From an uncultured Veillonella sp. (GTDB lineage: Bacteria; Bacillota; Negativicutes; Veillonellales; Veillonellaceae): a stretch of DNA of 64,000 bases. A program made the position numbers and the translations under genes. Under the pieces are notes generated by a model. That model was not told where the DNA came from, did no database searches, and was given only the letters and a program-made list of their open reading frames with translations. Within the stretch, counting starts at the first letter, position 1. Every line of letters begins with the position of its first letter. Positions 61,265 to 64,000 of this stretch are shown piece by piece. The stretch lies in the NCBI GenBank assembly GCA_963523985.1, contig CAUREE010000003.1, positions 8,491-72,490 of the forward strand. The letters are read 5' to 3'.

Positions 61265-61330
61265 CTGTCATATTCATAGCATGAGAACGCCACTTTGGCT
61301 CAAATCTAAAATAGTAAATATACTATATGT

Positions 61331-61359
61331 ATTATACCGTGTACAGACTTGGACCGCAA
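61331..61359 (-). promoter_or_regulatory. sigma70 promoter of the suf operon
   Basis: Minus strand TTGCGG (61354-61359)-17-TATAAT (61331-61336). Confidence 0.8.
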
Positions 61360-61563
61360 GCTAATTTCTACTATTTTACTATGAATTTGATGATAGTTTT
61401 GTATATCATCTATTCATCTATAGCATATTGAAACTTTAATTCTCTACCAAGAGACTCAACAATATTCATTATACTGAATTTTCTCAACATTGTAAATGCT
61501 ATTCCCATATTTTTTTAGGGATTATAAACAACATTTGATATTATCCTAGTATACTCTATACAA

Positions 61564-61630
61564 ATAGACATATACTCCATTTTCTGAGAAATATAACAGT
61601 TTCTCAGAAGCAGATAAAGTATATGTCTAT
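61564..61630. repeat. Long interrupted inverted repeat downstream of lysA
   Basis: ATAGACATATACT/AGTATATGTCTAT outer arms and TTCTGAGAAA/TTTCTCAGAA inner arms. Confidence 0.75.
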
Positions 61631-61676
61631 ATAACCCTAAATACCTATCGCGACAGATAGTCCGCTATGTTTCTAA

Positions 61677-62933
61677 TTATAAATTAGAAAAATCTAATGT
61701 AGCGAAATAATCGTCTAATGTTTCTGCACGACGAATTTGTGTGACACTACCATCTTCGTGTAATAACAACTCAGCAGAACGCAATTTACCATTGTAATTG
61801 AATCCCATAGCATGACCATGAGCACCCGCATCATGAATCACAATACGATCGCCCATGTCAATTTTTGGTAATTGACGATCGATAGCAAACTTATCATTAT
61901 TTTCACATAAAGAGCCAGTCACATCATACGTCATAGTTGCTGGTTCCTTCTCTTTCCCCATCACCGTAATATGATGGTAAGAACCATACAATGCTGGACG
62001 CATCAAGTTAGCCATACATGCATCTAAACCAATGTAATGTTTGTAAATATCTTTTTTATGGATGGCAGTAGCTACCAAGTAACCATATGGTCCAGTAACC
62101 ATACGACCACATTCATAAGCCAATTGAATTGGGCTATGACCAGTACCCACAATTAAACGATCATATGCCTCTTTCACACCTGCACTTAATACTTTGTAAT
62201 CCACTGGTGTTTGTTCAGGTTTATAGGCTACCCCAATACCACCACCAAGGTCAATGAAAGATACTTCTACACCCGTTTGTTCTTTCACTCGTAAAGCTAA
62301 GTTAAACATTAATTCAGCTGTACCTACTAAACCATCGATGTCTAATTCATTAGACACCACCATTGTATGCAAGCCGAAGTTAGTGATACCTTTTCCTTTT
62401 AAGTATGTAATAGCCTCAATAATTTGTGCCTCAGTCATACCATACTTTGCTTCTTCTGGAAGACCGATAATTGTATTACCGCCTTCTTTTAAAGAACCTG
62501 GGTTGTAACGGAAGCAGAAACGTTCTGGTAATGTACCATGCTCTTCTAAATACGCAATATGCGTAATATCATCCAAGTTAATGATGGCTCCTAAATCCAT
62601 AGCTTTTTTGTATTCTTCGTAAGGAGTATCATTGGAGGAGAACATAATATTCTCTCCTGTGATACCAACCTTTTCACTCAAGATTAATTCCGCCATAGAA
62701 GAACAGTCAGCGCCGATACCAATTTCTTTCATCATTTTCATAATATACGGATTCGGCGTCGCTTTTACAGCGAAATATTGTTTAAATCCAGGTGCCCAAC
62801 TGAAAGCATCTAAAAATGTACGCATATTATCCATAATCCCTTTTGCATCATAAATATGGAATGGCGTTGGATATTGAGCAATAATCGCCTCTAATTGTTC
62901 CTTTGTAAATGGTGTTGTTTTTGCGTTCATCAT
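61677..62933 (-). CDS. lysA: Diaminopimelate decarboxylase
   Basis: YPTPFHIYD, YFAVKA (PLP lysine), DLGGG, ECGR, RPALYG, GSLCE, AGAHG. Confidence 0.95.
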   Translation of the reverse strand: MMNAKTTPFTKEQLEAIIAQYPTPFHIYDAKGIMDNMRTFLDAFSWAPGFKQYFAVKATPNPYIMKMMKEIGIGADCSSMAELILSEKVGITGENIMFSSNDTPYEEYKKAMDLGAIINLDDITHIAYLEEHGTLPERFCFRYNPGSLKEGGNTIIGLPEEAKYGMTEAQIIEAITYLKGKGITNFGLHTMVVSNELDIDGLVGTAELMFNLALRVKEQTGVEVSFIDLGGGIGVAYKPEQTPVDYKVLSAGVKEAYDRLIVGTGHSPIQLAYECGRMVTGPYGYLVATAIHKKDIYKHYIGLDACMANLMRPALYGSYHHITVMGKEKEPATMTYDVTGSLCENNDKFAIDRQLPKIDMGDRIVIHDAGAHGHAMGFNYNGKLRSAELLLHEDGSVTQIRRAETLDDYFATLDFSNL

Positions 62934-63145
62934 AACTCCTCAATCTATTTGTAATACACCATGTAACAGCCTCTTTCTGTAACATAGCAATTTATAAAAC
63001 AATAGGCCTTCTCCATGTAGTATCTCAATAAGGGATGGCACATCCTGCCTAAGCCTTAACAAGATATACGATTACTCTTGAAAGATATACATAACACTAT
63101 GCTATCAAGCAATGGTAATCTGTGAATACCGTAACGTATTGTAAC

Positions 63146-63184
63146 ATACATTCTATAGAATTGTAAAGATTCTATAGAATGTAT
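63146..63184. repeat. Perfect 16-bp inverted repeat whose arms each contain the palindrome ATTCTATAGAAT
   Basis: ATACATTCTATAGAAT-tgtaaag-ATTCTATAGAATGTAT. Confidence 0.85.
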
Positions 63185-63225
63185 ATATTAAATGATATAT
63201 ATGACTTATAAAAATATAATCTCAC

Positions 63226-63300
63226 CTATGGAATGCAGTTGCAAGTAGTAGCCTTGTGGTATTCTTTACTATCTAGTTCGCACAAATACAAAAAGCTCAT
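63226..63300 (-). CDS. Possible 24-aa peptide MSFLYLCELDSKEYHKATTCNCIP
   Basis: Perfect SD TAAGGAGG (63309-63316) 8 nt before the ATG; no recognisable homology. Confidence 0.3.
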   Translation of the reverse strand: MSFLYLCELDSKEYHKATTCNCIP

Positions 63301-63483
63301 GGCATGCGCCTCCTTAAGAAACGCAATTGAGCGTAGTAAACTTGTGGCGTTCCTTACTGCATACATTAGATACCCTCAAGAAGAGCACGGTGTGCTCCGA
63401 ACAAACATTACGTAGTGCCGTTTGTGAGAAGTATACCGTGCGCTTCCCTTTACTTCTATTCAGATTAGAATGCCACAGGCTAC
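63245..63483 (+). ncRNA. Candidate structured non-coding RNA (family unassigned; 6S-like geometry possible)
   Basis: Long closing stem, internal 12-bp helix with G-U pairs favouring the + strand, duplicated 26-nt hairpin, upstream TATAAT at 63215-63220. Confidence 0.5.
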
Positions 63484-63496
63484 ATAGCACAACAAG

Positions 63497-63922
63497 TTAC
63501 TTCCCGAATAGGGAACAATCCATGCTATATCGCCCACCACCCATAAAGAATATAGCTAATGCAGAAAATCCCATTTGTGACGGATAATCCCAAGCAAAAA
63601 ATCCTGCATCTACATGAAGAAGCGTAGCCGTAAATAAAACTCCAGCCAACAATAAGGATCCTAATCGAGTAAATAATCCAAAGGCAACCAAAATACCACC
63701 TAAGAACTCGCAAATTGCAGCCATAGCACCAAAAAATTCGAAATATCCAGGTACTCCTAAGGCTGCCAACATAGCACCTACCTTATATAACCCAGATGCA
63801 CCGCCTAAAAACTTCAAATATCCATGATAAGCCATAGAGATTCCTAAAGCTACTCTCAACACCAATATTCCAAAGTTAACATACGTAGGTTTACCACGCA
63901 ACAAAAAGTGAACCATATGCAT
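63497..63922 (-). CDS. DoxX-family membrane protein
   Basis: LVLRVALG...HGYLK, EFLGG...GLFTR, GGGRYSMD. Confidence 0.92.
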   Translation of the reverse strand: MHMVHFLLRGKPTYVNFGILVLRVALGISMAYHGYLKFLGGASGLYKVGAMLAALGVPGYFEFFGAMAAICEFLGGILVAFGLFTRLGSLLLAGVLFTATLLHVDAGFFAWDYPSQMGFSALAIFFMGGGRYSMDCSLFGK

Positions 63923-64000
63923 ATCCTTCCCTAAATAAATCTTCCTACAAATAATTAACTAACATACATAAGTATACCATAACATCGTACCACTCTCCTA

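Noticed and set aside
62934..63140. Lysine riboswitch upstream of lysA
   Set aside because: I could not find the AGAGGNGC...GCCGAA...ACUGUC core in order on the minus strand. A cmscan with RF00168 would settle it.
63245..63358. Mini-CRISPR array with anti-repeat (tracr-like)
   Set aside because: Only two imperfect copies with a 62-nt interval, no similarity to the III-A repeat and no adjacent cas gene. Kept as a structured-RNA candidate instead.
217..63713. Numerous short ORFs antisense to or overlapping well-supported genes
   Set aside because: Shadow ORFs of real genes, lacking RBS and motifs
1..64000. tRNA/rRNA genes, transposases, integrases, prophage genes, self-targeting spacers
   Set aside because: None recognised by eye; self-targeting outside this window cannot be assessed

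Overview
Low-GC bacterial chromosome segment. It is most likely a diderm Firmicute (Negativicutes, Veillonella-like), inferred from Firmicute-type genes (polC, DUF881/sbp, sufCBDSU, comEA/EC-holA) plus an outer-membrane beta-barrel-like gene. Left to right it holds: (1) a minus-strand dcw cluster (mraZ-rsmH-ftsL-murE-murF-mraY-murD-murG-murC-ddl-ftsQ-DUF881-sbp-ftsZ, then an OMP-like gene) with no ftsI, ftsW, murB or ftsA; (2) an aminotransferase and a Liv-type ABC transporter; (3) an MTA/MTI phosphorylase and an SAH/SIH hydrolase, both with 6-oxopurine signatures; (4) a complete type III-A CRISPR-Cas locus (18 repeats/17 spacers, then cas1-cas2-cas10-csm2-3-4-5-cas6-csm6); (5) glutamine-dependent NAD synthetase; (6) a pyruvate formate-lyase naturally split into a barrel subunit and a separate 79-aa glycyl-radical subunit, plus its activase; (7) a divergent GltS-like transporter; (8) a comEA-comEC-holA-vanW-polC-gntK-gntP run in which PolC lacks its proofreading exonuclease; (9) aminopeptidase, HAD hydrolase, BFD-like ferredoxin, sufCBDSU, lysA and DoxX. 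The most notable unexplained signals are the split PFL, a terminator/antiterminator leader upstream of sufC, and a structured non-coding locus at about 63.2-63.5 kb with repeated hairpins and an antisense small ORF. All calls come from motif recognition by eye; no database searches were run.
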